A stretch of DNA of 63,576 nucleotides, filler included, from Atractiella rhizophila (lineage: Eukaryota): assembly GCA_021432655.1 (NCBI GenBank). It is 6 parts of 6 records of this genome, joined end to end, with 100 filler letters (N's around TTAATTAATTAA, not from the genome) between each part and the next. Parts side by side here need not be neighbours in the genome. Positions count along the whole stretch, not along the records: positions 1 to 24,037 come from MU271625.1; 5 more parts are not named here. One strand, written 5' to 3'. The notes beneath the pieces were generated by a model. The model was not told where the DNA came from. It did no database searches and saw nothing but the letters and a program-made list of their open reading frames with translations. Below, piece after piece: positions 1-12,544 of this stretch. A program made the translations under genes and the position numbers. Positions within the stretch are counted from its first letter, which is position 1. Every line of letters starts with the position of its first letter.

Positions 1-3000
1 GCAAAGGAGATGGCATTCATGAACTCCGTGGTGTTGGGCACCAAGGCGAACAGAGTGATACCCAAGAACTTCTCAGGGATGGCAGCATCCTCCAGTACAA
101 CGTCAACACAGTCAACCAGAATCTCTGTTCATTCACAGCACGATAAACGATCCAGGCAGACAGCAGACAGGGAAAAGCAACGCACCAGCAATAATAGCGT
201 AAAGGACGGTGCAGCCCATAAGGACGCTGGCGCTCTTCGTCCTGCTCCAGTTGGGTGCGTCATGTCCTCCATGGCCACCTTCATCGTGCTCCTCAGCGTG
301 CACGGAGATGGCTTGTGGAGGTCTGGAAATAGAGGGATCTCTGCGATGCTGAGCCAACTCTGGGTGTTGGATTATCGTCGAAGCAACGACTTCCAAAGCT
401 TGCGACATTTGAGCTGAGGTCATTCCCTCCGGGATGCTTTCTTCAGGAATCGTGATGGGAACGGAGACCTGACCTCCGCTCGTGCGTTGGCTTTGTGGGG
501 CGATGGACGCGCGATGACCAGATGTTCCCTGACTATTTCGATTTTCGCCTGGGTTGGTGTTTGCGACGAGTATGTTTTTGAGGAAGTCGGTTGCCGGATT
601 CTGGGCAACGACGCGCTTATAGATGGACATGCGGTTACTGTTAGCAGTTGGGATGTTGGATGGAGGGACATGTTCGGCAGGCGCCTGGACGTTCTGCCAG
701 ATCTGAGAAGCGTGCGTCTTCAATGAGAACCACAACCCTGTGAGGTACGACTAAAGCATGGGCAAACAATAAGCATTGCTCCGGTTGGGGAAGGAGAAAG
801 CATTTACGAGCACAAGGAGGATTGCACAATAGTATGAAAGCTTCCTAACCGTGTTTTGATAGAATGGGTCGTCGGCAGGTTCAAGGTGCTCGTAGTGGCA
901 TCGCTTGCATTGCCACTGACCATTTGCGCCTGGAGGACATCCTTCGCAGACTAGTTGAAACTAATTTCACGGATATCAGTTTCTATCACAAAGAGAAAGG
1001 AAGCGCGAAGAATACTCACCGTGCCGTAAATTTCGTAAAAGAGGGTAGGTGTCAGGGTCCCAATGATGGCCATAATCAACATAGTGCTCGTGACACCTGC
1101 ACTTTTTGCATTGAACTTCTGCTCCTTCCTCCTGAATGCCCCTCCAATCATACTGAATCCAGGCATCAACAGCACACCAGCGAGCAAACTGCCAACAATC
1201 GAACCCTCCACCAATGCCGCCTTTCCATCAATCAATGCTATGGCGTACAAGAGAATCTCGATCAAAGATCCAAAAGTCGCATTGATCACGGCTCCCATTC
1301 CGATAGAAGATTGAGCAGATATAGATGCGACCGCCATTCCGATGAAATAGGAAAGTGGGATGACGGAGAGGAGAGCGAGTATGAAGATTGTTCCTTGGGA
1401 GGTAAGGATGGCCAAGAATCCTTTTGCATGTTTGGGGTGTTCGAGAAGGTATTCACGGATGAACCAGTCGTCAAAAATAACAAAGAAGACCAAGGGAAGG
1501 AGGAGGATGAACATGATGTTGACACCGTCGATGGTGTATTTGTAATACTGCAACCCAACGGCGCGATAAGTGCAAAGCAAAACGGTACTGTTGGGTCCAT
1601 GCAACCTTCCAGCAGCCCGAGAGGCGGCGTACGTCTTCCTCGAATGCCTAGGTGCCCTCTGTCCAGGCGTGAGAGCAGGCATAAATTTGGAGCCTTCGAC
1701 TCCAGACGATCCCACAGACGTAGGTTCTTTCGCCTCTCTATGAGAGTAAAACTTGGGAGGGGAGCGGAAGTGGAGAGCGAGCGGTTCGACGGCGAGAAGA
1801 CAGACGAGTTCCCACATGAGTTTCGCCATAGGGATAGAGAAAACGAGTGCCCAACAGATGCCGCAGACGAGGATCATGAGTGGCGCGATGAAGATATAGA
1901 ATGTTGTCCAGTACATGAGCCTGCCTAACGCTCGAACCCGGAAACCGCTGCGAGTGTGCGTCGAAGAAGAATCGGTATCGACCACATTGCCTTTCCCCAT
2001 GATCGTCTCCTCACTACCACTGGAACTAGGCAGGCGCTTCCCGTTCTCAGGAAAGCTTCCATAGCGAGCCCCATTCCCTCCCGCAGCGGTCTGTAGCAAG
2101 CTCTGTCCCTCCGCTGCAGGTCTGAGCGTTCCAGTCCCGCTCCCAGTGCTCCTGCGAAGTTCACTACCAGCCCTACGTCCATATGTCCTTCCATCGTATT
2201 CGACGTCCCTTTCTCCTTCATCTTCTTCGTCCTCCTCTTCACCCTCCTCAGGGATATCATCCCACTCTCCCTCTCCCTCTGCCCTTCTATTCTTTGGCAA
2301 CGCATCATCGAATCCCTCGACGTACTTCCCAAAAGGCCAGAAAAGGTATCCGGCAAGCTCAAAGACCACTCGTCCATACTTCTCTCCACCAAAAGGTACG
2401 AGCCAAAGCAGACCGGAGAGGATGACAAAAGCGAGGGCGAGCCACCAGCCGAAGAGAAGGGTCCAAAGAATATTCCCCAAGTGAAATGAGGACTGTTCGG
2501 TGGCGCTGGGAACTACGTGAAGAGCGGTCTCTGCATTGCGAGTGACGGATCGAGACTTCTTGTACAGAGCGGGTTTCCAGATCCTCAATCCAAAAGGATG
2601 CTCAATGTTGATGGCGTCCTGCCTGTCCTTCAACGTATACTCGACATCACCATCGTCCTCCACATCGCCATCATATGCCTCCTCCTCGTCATGCTCTTCC
2701 CCACGCGCTCCGCCATCGGAATGAGGCCCGTCGTCTCCCTCTCCTTCGTCTTCATGAGCGGAAACAGAGTGCGCAACAAGGCTAGGCTCTCTCTCCCTCC
2801 CTCCTCTCCCCGTAGCAGTGGAGGAGCTGACGTAGCTCCTCCCTCCAGGGCTCATGGGCGTTCGCAGAGCTTCGGCGTGTATCGCACTCTCACTAGGCAT
2901 CGGTGGGACTCCCAAAGACCTCGGCGTGAGATTTGGCGTGAGGAACGGATTGACGGTTTCGGTCTCGTCCTCTGAGAGCACGCCATCGGATGGAGTGCTG

Positions 3001-3896
3001 GAGGAAAACGAATGCATTCGAGAGCGTGGGGCGCGAGATTCGGGCTCCAATGATGCTCCGCGGGAGTGCACATCATCTGGAGGGAGTGGGAGTGGCGGCA
3101 CGGGCTGAGGAGGTACAGGAGAGGTGCCTAGTTGTGCATTGGAGATCTGGCGAGAGAGCCGGCGGGTAAGGTTCGCTTTGCGTTCTGCTTCCTGCTCCGT
3201 CCCACAACTGCTCAGCAACTTCGCGACAGCGAGTAAGGAAGAGAATACCTTCTTGGCCTTGGCTCTCTGTCTCATCCGCTTCCTTACAAGTTCTTCGCCT
3301 CTATCCACTCGCTCCACTTCATCGTCTTCATCTACCTCCACCGCTCCCTCAAAATCACTCGCGTTGATAGCCTCAGTCTCTTCATCTTCATCATCACTCA
3401 TCGGACCCCTCCTCGCAAAACCACCGACTCCAACCTGAACCGGCCTATTGCTAGTGGAGCGTTTAACAGGCGGTCGTGACCCGCTTCGTCCCTTTCCCTT
3501 ACTCCCACCTGGCGCGCTCCCACTCGTCGCAGAAGCGGCACCTACGCTACCCTTCCCCTTCACACCTGCACCTCCTTTCGAAGGCGGTTGAGCGAACGAG
3601 ATCGCACCTGGTCTCGCACCGCCCGTTCCAGTCGACGCTCCGGACTTGGACTTAACTGTGTTCTGACCTGAATCCGAGAAGTAATCCTCCTCTCCCCTCC
3701 CTGAATTTCTAACGGCCGTTGGCGAAGTATGTGGGCTCATAGCTGGTTCTCTAGCCTCTCCAGCGTTGGGAGATGTGAATGTGCTCGCATCGGAAGGGGC
3801 TGCAGGGTGCCCATGTCCCAACTGAGATTGCACCTGTGAGCCTACGCTGGACTGGCTTATCGTGCTTGACGGCTGAATGGAGTCGCGTGACTCCAT
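1..3896 (-). CDS. VNX1: Vacuolar monovalent cation/H+ antiporter, CAX/Na_Ca_ex family (Vnx1-like); multi-exon, 3' end runs off the window
   Basis: Motifs TLKDRQDAINIEHPFGLRIWKPALYKKSRSV, GNILW..FGWWLA, YYKYTIDGVNI, GMGAVINATFGS..EI, GSLL..VLLMPG and LVPNTTEFMNAISF. GT-AG introns at 3192-3248 and 961-1019 plus two further ones near 750-805 and 125-185. Confidence 0.93.
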
Positions 3897-4529
3897 CGCT
3901 GGTCGCTACGTGGTGGACTGACTGGGGCTGGCACTGAGAATATCACGCAAGAAGAGAGGAAATGGTGGGAAGTCGCCCCTAATCACCAAAGGTTCGCGGT
4001 TCGTTTTGCACCAGATGTTTGTTCTCACGAATTAGGAAATGCCGAAGCGGCTATTTACTACTCCTACAACCATGACGTAGGCAGGTGAAAATGGACTCAA
4101 TGGAAGGTGGGCAAGCAAGCAGCTTGAGCACTCGTATATTCTCTTCACCTGAAATTGCAAGGAGCTCGACGGTGTACTGTATACAAGCTATTTGTCATTC
4201 GTGCCAGGCGACGAATGACACTGGTTGCTTTCTGGCCATTGGTCTGAATCGCGGGCTTGCTCCATTGCCTTTTTTATATCGCACAGTATCGGATGCTTCG
4301 AACCATTTCGACCTCTCGACAAGTCTCGCTGAAGCTGGTCGTATGAGCGAGCATGATGTGTTATCAGGGGCCGTGAAACAATCCTTCACACTAGCTCGAT
4401 ATTCTTGTTATCTCTCAAATCTAAATCATTTTCTTACTTATTTCTGGATTTATAATATCCTTGCCTCTACACGCATATGTTATCCCTACCTAAATAACAA
4501 CAAATTTAGATTGAGTGATAAAGGTATAG
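1555..4529. repeat. Segmental duplication copy A (VNX1 5' part plus upstream region); direct repeat of 5673-8647, offset 4118 bp
   Basis: Near-identical sequence; ORF coordinates shift by exactly 4118 (3896 to 8014, 4085 to 8203). Confidence 0.97.
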
Positions 4530-5671
4530 GTTATCAGCAGCGAATCTTATTAGGAACTTAAGGTGCGTGGTTTTTAAGGAACTCAATTGCGTCTTGCATG
4601 GTCTAAAACATCAGTGCAATACATGTAATAGGTTTGTTGAAGGCGATTTGAAGTCTGCTCAGTTACAGTATACAGCACAATTTTTATCTCCGCACTAATT
4701 TTGACAAGAAAAACAGCTACGTGAACTGAATATGCACAAAAAAATTGAAGTTGGGGACCTGAGTGCCCAGGATGCTGCAAAGGAGAGACGAACTGTCGCC
4801 AAACTTGGTAATTTGATAAGGTCATTGGGTAGCCTCGCTTTGCTTTGATTTCTGGTGACTGTCCACAACCTGATGGAGCACTCCCGGCTGTAAAAGAGTC
4901 TCGAGAAAGGCCAACAGCGTCCAGGCATCCTGATCAGAATCAGAGTGACGTCCAGTCCGATAACAAGAAGAAACCCATACCTTGAAATTAGAAGCGAGTC
5001 CAAAAGAGACTCGACAGAGACCGTCAGCACGCTGTCCCAATGAAGACAGCATGTCTTGACTTGTGTCGCCTGCCTTCACCTGCCGCATCAAATGTTCGAC
5101 ACCCATCAGCACCGCGGCTCCTCCTATTCGAACAACGGTCACGTATCCGATCAATATGTGCGGAGGGGACACCAACCTGGATTGCACATGCAGCCAGATC
5201 GGAAGCAGATGCCCTGCATCCCGCATATGAGTCTGCATCAGGATAGGGACTCCAACATACCTTTCTACCCGCTGCCTGTTCCACCACCTCAGAGCTCACG
5301 AAAACTCCCTGTTCATCCATGATCTCGAAAGTGATAATGGCTCCATAGTGATCCCTCAGTGTGTTCAGATCCAGATTAGCCTGGGGGCTTCTAACCACGA
5401 CTAAGGGTGAACCAGATGAATGCTTCAGGAGAGCCATATTTTGGACGGTCCAATGGACGAGGCATGGGAGTCTCCTCCTCATGTCGTTCATGTGTGTCTG
5501 CAAAATATCGAATCCAAGAGGAACACAAATGGTGCTCAGAAAGTTGATGGTGCCGTCCATAAATCGTTCTGCCCCTCTTTCCAATGTCACGACGTCTCCG
5601 GGACACTGTGCAAGCTCTACAGTGCCCCCGCTAAACCAGGGTTTCTTCAGTTCCGAGAAAAGTGACTTTTT
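4079..5671. repeat. Copy 1 of ~1.6-kb unit (downstream flank plus 3' half of sulfurase-like gene)
   Basis: Matches 8197-9839 and 9856-11468. Confidence 0.95.
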
Positions 5672-8014
5672 ACCAACGGCGCGATAAGTGCAAAGCAAAA
5701 CGGTACTGTTGGGTCCATGCAACCTTCCAGCAGCCCGAGAGGCGGCGTACGTCTTCCTCGAATGCCTAGGTGCCCTCTGTCCAGGCGTGAGAGCAGGCAT
5801 AAATTTGGAGCCTTCGACTCCAGACGATCCCACAGACGTGGGTTCTTTCGCCTCTCTATGAGAGTAAAACTTGGGAGGGGAGCGGAAGTGGAGAGCGAGC
5901 GGTTCGACAGCGAGAAGACAGACGAGTTCCCACATGAGTTTCGCCATAGGGATAGAGAAAACGAGTGCCCAACAGATGCCGCAGACGAGGATCATGAGTG
6001 GCGCGATGAAGATATAGAATGTTGTCCAGTACATGAGCCTGCCTAACGCTCGAACCCGGAAACCGCTGCGAGTGTGCGTCGAAGAAGAATCGGTATCGAC
6101 CACATTGCCTTTCCCCATGATCGTCTCCTCACTACCACTGGAACTAGGCAGGCGCTTCCCGTTCTCAGGAAAGCTTCCATAGCGAGCCCCATTCCCTCCC
6201 GCAGCGGTCTGTAGCAAGCTCTGTCCCTCCGCTGCAGGTCTGAGCGTTCCAGTCCCGCTCCCAGTGCTCCTGCGAAGTTCACTACCAGCCCTACGTCCAT
6301 ATGTCCTCCCGTCGTATTCGACGTCCCTTTCTCCTTCATCTTCTTCGTCCTCCTCTTCACCCTCCTCAGGGATATCATCCCACTCTCCCTCTCCCTCTGC
6401 CCTTCTATTCTTTGGCAACGCATCATCGAATCCCTCGACGTACTTCCCAAAAGGCCAGAAAAGGTATCCGGCAAGCTCAAAGACCACTCGTCCATACTTC
6501 TCTCCACCAAAGGGTACGAGCCAAAGGAGGCCGGAGAGGATGACAAAAGCGAGGGCGAGCCACCAGCCGAAGAGAAGGGTCCAAAGAATATTCCCCAAGT
6601 GAAATGAAGACTGTTCGGTGGCGCTGGGAACTACGTGAAGAGCGGTCTCTGCATTGCGGGTGACGGATCGAGACTTCTTGTACAGAGCGGGTTTCCAGAT
6701 CCTCAATCCAAAAGGATGCTCAATGTTGATGGCGTCCTGCCTGTCCTTCAACGTATACTCGACATCGCCATCGTCCTCCACATCGCCATCATATGCCTCC
6801 TCCTCGTCATGCTCTTCCCCACGTGCTCCGCCGTCAGAATGGGGCCCGTCGTCTCCCTCTCCTTCGTCTTCATGAGCGGAAACAGAGTGCGCAACAAGGC
6901 TAGGCTCTCTCTCCCTCCGTCCTCTCCCCGTAGCAGTGGACGAACTGACGTAGCTCCTCCCTCCAGGGCTCATGGGCGTTCGCAGGGCTTCGGCGTGTAT
7001 CGCACTCTCACTAGGCATAGGTGGGACACCCAAAGACCTCGGCGTGAGATTGGGCGTGAGGAACGGATTGACGGTTTCGGCCTCGTCCTCTGAGAGCACG
7101 CCATCGGATGGAGTGCTGGAGGAAAACGAATGCATTCGAGAGCGTGGGGCGCGAGATTCGGGCTCCAATGATGCTCCGCGGGAGTGCACATCATCTGGAG
7201 GGAGTGGGAGTGGCGGCACGGGCTGAGGAGGTACAGGAGAGGTGCCTAGTTGTGCATTGGAGATCTGGCGAGAGAGCCGGCGGGTAAGGTTCGCTTTGCG
7301 TTCTGCTTCCTGCTCCGTCCCACAACTGCTCAGCAACTTCGCGACAGCGAGTAAGGAAGAGAATACCTTCTTGGCCTTGGCTCTCTGTCTCATCCGCTTC
7401 CTTACAAGTTCTTCGCCTCTATCTACTCGCTCTACTTCATCGTCTTCATCCACCTCCACCGCTCCCTCAAAATCACTCGCGTTGATAGCCTCAGTCTCTT
7501 CATCTTCGTCATCACTCATCGGACCCCTCCTCGCGAAACCACCTACTCCAACTTGAACCGGTCTATTGCTAGTGGAGCGTTTAACAGGTGGTCGTGACCC
7601 GCTTCGTCCCTTTCCCTTACTCCCTCCTGGCGCGTTCCCACTCGTCGCAGAAGCGGCACCTACGCTGCCCTTCCCTTTCACACCTGCACCTCCTTTCGAA
7701 GGTGGTTGAGCGAATGAGATCGCACCTGGTCTCGCCCCTCCCGTTCCAGTCGACGCTCCGGACTTGGACTTAACTGTGTTCTGACCTGAATCCGAGAAGT
7801 AATCCTCCTCTCCCCTCCCTGAATTTCTAACGGCCTTTGGCGAAGTATGTGGGCTCATAGCTGGTTCTCTAGCCTCTCCAGCATTGGGAGATGTGAAGGT
7901 GCTCGCATCGGAAGGAGCGGCAGGGTGCCCATGTCCCAACTGAGACTGCACCTGCGAGCCCACGCTGGACTGGCTTATCGTGCTTGACGGCTGAGTGGAG
8001 TCGCGTGACTCCAT
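4822..8014 (-). CDS. Chimeric gene: VNX1 N-terminal region fused in frame to C-terminal half of Moco-sulfurase-like protein (or chimeric pseudogene)
   Basis: ORF 5024-8014 switches from ..CTYRAVG (VNX1) to KKSLFSELKKPWFSGG (sulfurase) at 5672. The three downstream sulfurase introns keep GT/AG ends, giving GICFRSGCMCNPG...RVSFGLASNF..SEATQ* (stop at 4822). Confidence 0.7.
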
Positions 8015-8647
8015 CGCTGGTCGCTACGTGGTGGACTGGCTGGGGCTGGCACTGAGAATATCACGCAAGAAGAGAGGAAATGGTGGGAAGTCGCCCCTAA
8101 TCACCAAAGGTTCGCGGTTCGTTTTGCACCAGATGTTTGTTCTCACGAATTAGGAAATGCCGAAGCGGCTATTTACTACTCCTACAACCATGACGTAGGC
8201 AGGTGAAAATGGACTCAATGGAAGGTGGGCAAGCAAGCAGCTTGAGCACTCGTATATTCTCTTCACCTGAAATTGCAAGGAGCTCGACGGTGTACTGTAT
8301 ACAAGCTATTTGTCATTCGTGCCAGGCGACGAATGACACTGGTTGCTTTCTGGCCATTGGTCTGAATCGCGGGCTTGCTCCATTGCCTTTTTTATATCGC
8401 ACAGTATCGGATGCTTCGAACCATTTCGACCTCTCGACAAGTCTCGCTGAAGCTGGTCGTATGAGCGAGCATGATGTGTTATCAGGGGCCGTGAAACAAT
8501 CCTTCACACTAGCTCGATATTCTTGTTATCTCTCAAATCTAAATCATTTTCTTACTTATTTCTGGATTTATAATATCCTTGCCTCTACACGCATATGTTA
8601 TCCCTACCTAAATAACAACAAATTTAGATTGAGTGATAAAGGTATAG
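5673..8647. repeat. Segmental duplication copy A'
   Basis: About 98% identical to 1555-4529 by manual comparison. Confidence 0.97.
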
Positions 8648-8988
8648 GTTTTATCAGCAGCTAATCTTATTATTATTTAGGCATAACTTATAGGTGAGAT
8701 CCTGAATGTGGTTTTTGAGGAATTCAATTGCGTCTTGCGTGGTCTAAAACATCATTGCAATACATGTAATACGTTTGTTGAAGGCAGTTTGTTTAGCATT
8801 CCTAAATTCACACATTTGAAGTCTGCTCAGTTACAGTGTACAGCACAATTTTATCTCCACACCAATTTTGACAAGAAAAACAGCTACGTGAACTGAATAT
8901 GCACAAAAAAATTGAAGTTGGGGACCTGAGTGCCCAGGATGCTGCAAAGGAGAGACGAACTGTCGCCAAACTTGGTAATTTGATAAGG

Positions 8989-9839
8989 TCATTGGGTAGC
9001 CTCGCTTTGCTTTGATTTCTGGTGACTGTCCACAACCTGATGGAGCACTCCCGGCTGTAAAAGAGTCTCGAGAAAGGCCAACAGCGTCCAGGCATCCTGA
9101 TCAGAATCAGAGTGACGTCCAGTCCGATAACAAGAAGAAACCCATACCTTGAAATTAGAAGCGAGTCCAAAAGAGACTCGACAGAGACCGTCAGCACGCT
9201 GTCCCAATGAAGACAGCATGTCTTGACTTGTGTCGCCTGCCTTCACCTGCCGCATCAAATGTTCGACACCCATCAGCACTGCGGCTCCTCCTATTCGAAC
9301 AACGGTCACGTATCCGATCAATATGTGCGGAGGGGACACCAACCTGGATTGCACATGCAGCCAGATCGGAAGCAGATGCCCTGCATCCCGCATATGAGTC
9401 TGCATCAGGATAGGGACTCCAACATACCTTTCTACCCGCTGCCTGTTCCACCACCTCAGAGCTCACGAAAACTCCCTGTTCATCCATGATCTCGAAAGTG
9501 ATAATGGCTCCATAGTGATCCCTCAGTGTGTTTAGATCCAGATTAGCCTGGGGGCTTCTAACCACGACTAAGGGTGAACCAGATGAATGCTTCAGGAGAG
9601 CCATATTTTGGACGGTCCAATGGACGAGGCATGGGAGTCTCCTCCTCATGTCGTTCATGTGTGTCTGCAAAATATCGAATCCAAGAGGAACACAAATGGT
9701 GCTCAGAAAGTTGATGGTGCCGTCCATAAATCGTTCTGCCCCTCTTTCCAATGTCACGACGTCTCCGGGACACTGTGCAAGCTCTACAGTGCCCCCGCTA
9801 AACCAGGGTTTCTTCAGTTCCGAGAAAAGTGACTTTTTA
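8989..9839 (-). pseudogene. 5'-truncated copy of sulfurase-like gene (3' exons only)
   Basis: KKSLFSELKKPWFSGG...SEATQ* with no upstream coding sequence; homology to 10617-11468 stops at GACTTTTT (9838). Confidence 0.88.
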
Positions 9840-10616
9840 ACTGTATACAATACTGAGGCAAGTAAACGGACTCATTGGAAGCTAGGCAAGCAAGCAGCTT
9901 GAGTACTCGTATGTGCTCTTCACCTGAAATTGCAAGGAGCCTGAGGGTGTACTGTTTACAAGCTATTTGTCATTCGTGCCATTAAAGATGCGAGGGCAAC
10001 GAATGAGACGGGTTGCTTTCTGGCCATTGGTCCGAATCGCGGGCTTGCTCCGTTGCCTTTTTTATATCGCACTGTATCGGATGCTTCGAACCATTTCAAA
10101 CTCGACAGTCTCGCTGAAGCTGGTCGTATGAGCGGGCATGATGTGTTATCAGGGACCGTAACACAGCCGTGAAACAATCCTTCACACTAGCTCGATATTG
10201 TTGTAATCTCTCAAATCTAAATCAATTTCTTACTTATTTCTGGATTCATAATATCCTTGCCTCTACACGCATAGGTTATCCCTACCTAACTAACAACCAA
10301 TTTAGATTGAGTGATAAAGGTATAGGTTATCAGCAGCGAATCTTATTAGGAACTTAAGGTGCGTGGTTTTTAAGGAACTCAATTGCGTCTTGCATGGTCT
10401 AAAACATCAGTGCAATACATGTAATAGGTTTGTTGAAGGCGATTTGAAGTCTGCTCAGTTACAGTATACAGCACAATTTTTATCTCCGCACTAATTTTGA
10501 CAAGAAAAACAGCTACGCGAACTGAATATGCACAAAAAATTGAAGTTGGGGACCTGAGTGCCCAGGATGCTGCAAAGGAGAGACGAACTGTCGCCAAACT
10601 TGGTAATTTGATAAGG

Positions 10617-12544
10617 TCATCGGGTAGCCTCGCTTTGCTTTGATTTCTGGTGACTGTCCACAACCTGACGGAGCACTCCCGGCTGTAAAAGAGTCTCGAG
10701 AAAGGCCAACAGCGTCCAGGCATCCTGGCCAGAATCAGAGTGACGTCCAGTTCGATAACGAGAAGAAACCCCGTACCTTGAAATTAGAAGCGAGTCCAAA
10801 AGAGACTCGACAGAGCCCGTCAGCACGCTGCCCCAATGAAGAGAGCATGTCCTGACTTGTGTCTCCTACCTTCACCCGCCGCATCAAATGTTCGACACCC
10901 ATCAGCACCGCGGCTCCTCCTATTCGAACAACGGTCACCTATCCGATCAATATGTCCGGAGGGGACACCAACCTGGATTGCACATGCAGCCAGATCGGAA
11001 GCAGATGCCCTGCATCCCGCATATGAGTCTACATTAGCAATACAGACTCCAACATACCTTTCTACCCGCTGCCTGTTCCACCGCCTCAGAGCTCACGAAA
11101 ACTCCATCTTCATCCATGATCTCGAAAGTGATAATGGCTCCATAGTGATCCCTCAGTGTGTTCAGATCCAGATTAGCCTGGGGACTTCTAACCACGACTA
11201 AGGGTGAACCAGATGAATGCTTCAGGAGCGCCATATTTTGGACGGTCCAATGGACGAGGCATGGGAGTCTCCTCCTCATGTCGTTCATGTGTGTCTGCAA
11301 AATATCGAATCCAAGAGGAACACAAATGGTGCTCAGAAAGTTGATGGTGCCGTCCATAAATCGTTCTGCCCCTCTTTCCAATGTCACGACGTCTCCGGGA
11401 CACTGTGCAAGCTCTACAGTGCCCCCGCTAAACCAGCGTTTCTTCAGTTCCGAGAAAAGTGACTTTTTGATGATGAGAGCTCCCAGACCGGTAGGGAATC
11501 CGAATAGTTTGTAGATGCTCAATGCTATGGCATCGATGGATGGGAAACGTTTTAGAGAGATACGGCTAGTACCAAGCAAAGCAGATGCGTCGAGAAAGGT
11601 GGCGTATCCAAGTGCGGAGGCTTGCGCAAGGAGAGAGAGTGGATACTTGATGCCTGTAAGATTCGATTGGCCAGTCAGTACGAAGAGACCTCTAGATTTG
11701 GTCGTGAGAGTTGAAGGTGAAGTTGCAACAAGTCCTTCCTGTCGCAGGGCAAGTTGAATAATTCGTCCTTGAGGAAGATGAACTGACCTTCAAGGAGGCT
11801 GCTGCTTTTGAATACTCCCCTTCGTCCATCGACAAATAAACAACGTCCGCTCCCGCCGCCTTTGCAAAGCACCTCATACCGTTCACGCTGTCTAACCCGT
11901 CCAATCAACATTCAGTCCGCCAAACTTGTATCGAGTGCCAACGTACTGTGAGAGTCGACCCCAAGGACGAGTTTCATGCCTTCCTCATATGCAAACCCCT
12001 CGCCAACAATCCGCAATGCGCCAGTCGCATTTGGTGTCCAGACAACCTCGTATTCATCTTCGTCAGCGACATCGAGGAAGCTCAACAAAGCTTTCCTCGC
12101 CGCCAAATCTCCACGGTCACTGCTTTTCGAGCATGGGTTCGAAGAGTGGGGATTTCCGTAAACATTATTCTGTAGCTGCCCGGCGAAGGAAGTGATCAGT
12201 CTGGATGGGTACAGTGCTGCTCCTGTGTAGTCGAGGTATGTTGTTTGTGAGACCGAGGAAGAAGGTACAGGAGTGTCCAAACGGGAGAAATCCGTTCTAC
12301 GAAGGGAGTCGAGGGAGGGGGAGGCATAGGCGGGATATGTAGCAATGAAGGAAGAGAAATCTTGGTGAAAATTGGAGACATGTCCTACTGCTACGGCCAT
12401 CGAAAGAGAAATAATTTCAGGGAACATGAGAGTGGACCTCTCAATATCCAGCAAGCGGGGCGCAATACCACGATGACGCTGCACCCATCTCGAGAGCAAG
12501 CGCCAATGGAACTTTTTCTTGTCTTTCAGCTCCAACTCTGTCAT
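10617..12544 (-). CDS. Molybdenum cofactor sulfurase-like PLP enzyme (aminotransferase class V / NifS-like domain, no MOSC domain), copy 1
   Basis: YLDYTGAALYP, YGNPHS, spliced SHNSVNG (intron 11892-11946), GQSNLTG, LDASA, SIYKLFGFPTGLGAL (PLP Lys), spliced RSGCMCNPG (catalytic Cys; intron 11010-11057), RVSFG. Confidence 0.88.

Noticed and set aside
864..1928. 354-aa plus-strand ORF and many other antisense ORFs over VNX1, PGM, GPC1 and DNAJC7
   Set aside because: Shadow frames of well-supported genes on the opposite strand, with no recognisable motifs.
4085..4561. 158-aa ORF repeated at 8203 and partly at 10169
   Set aside because: GTG start, no motif; recurrence is explained by recent duplication and the frame is broken in the older copy.
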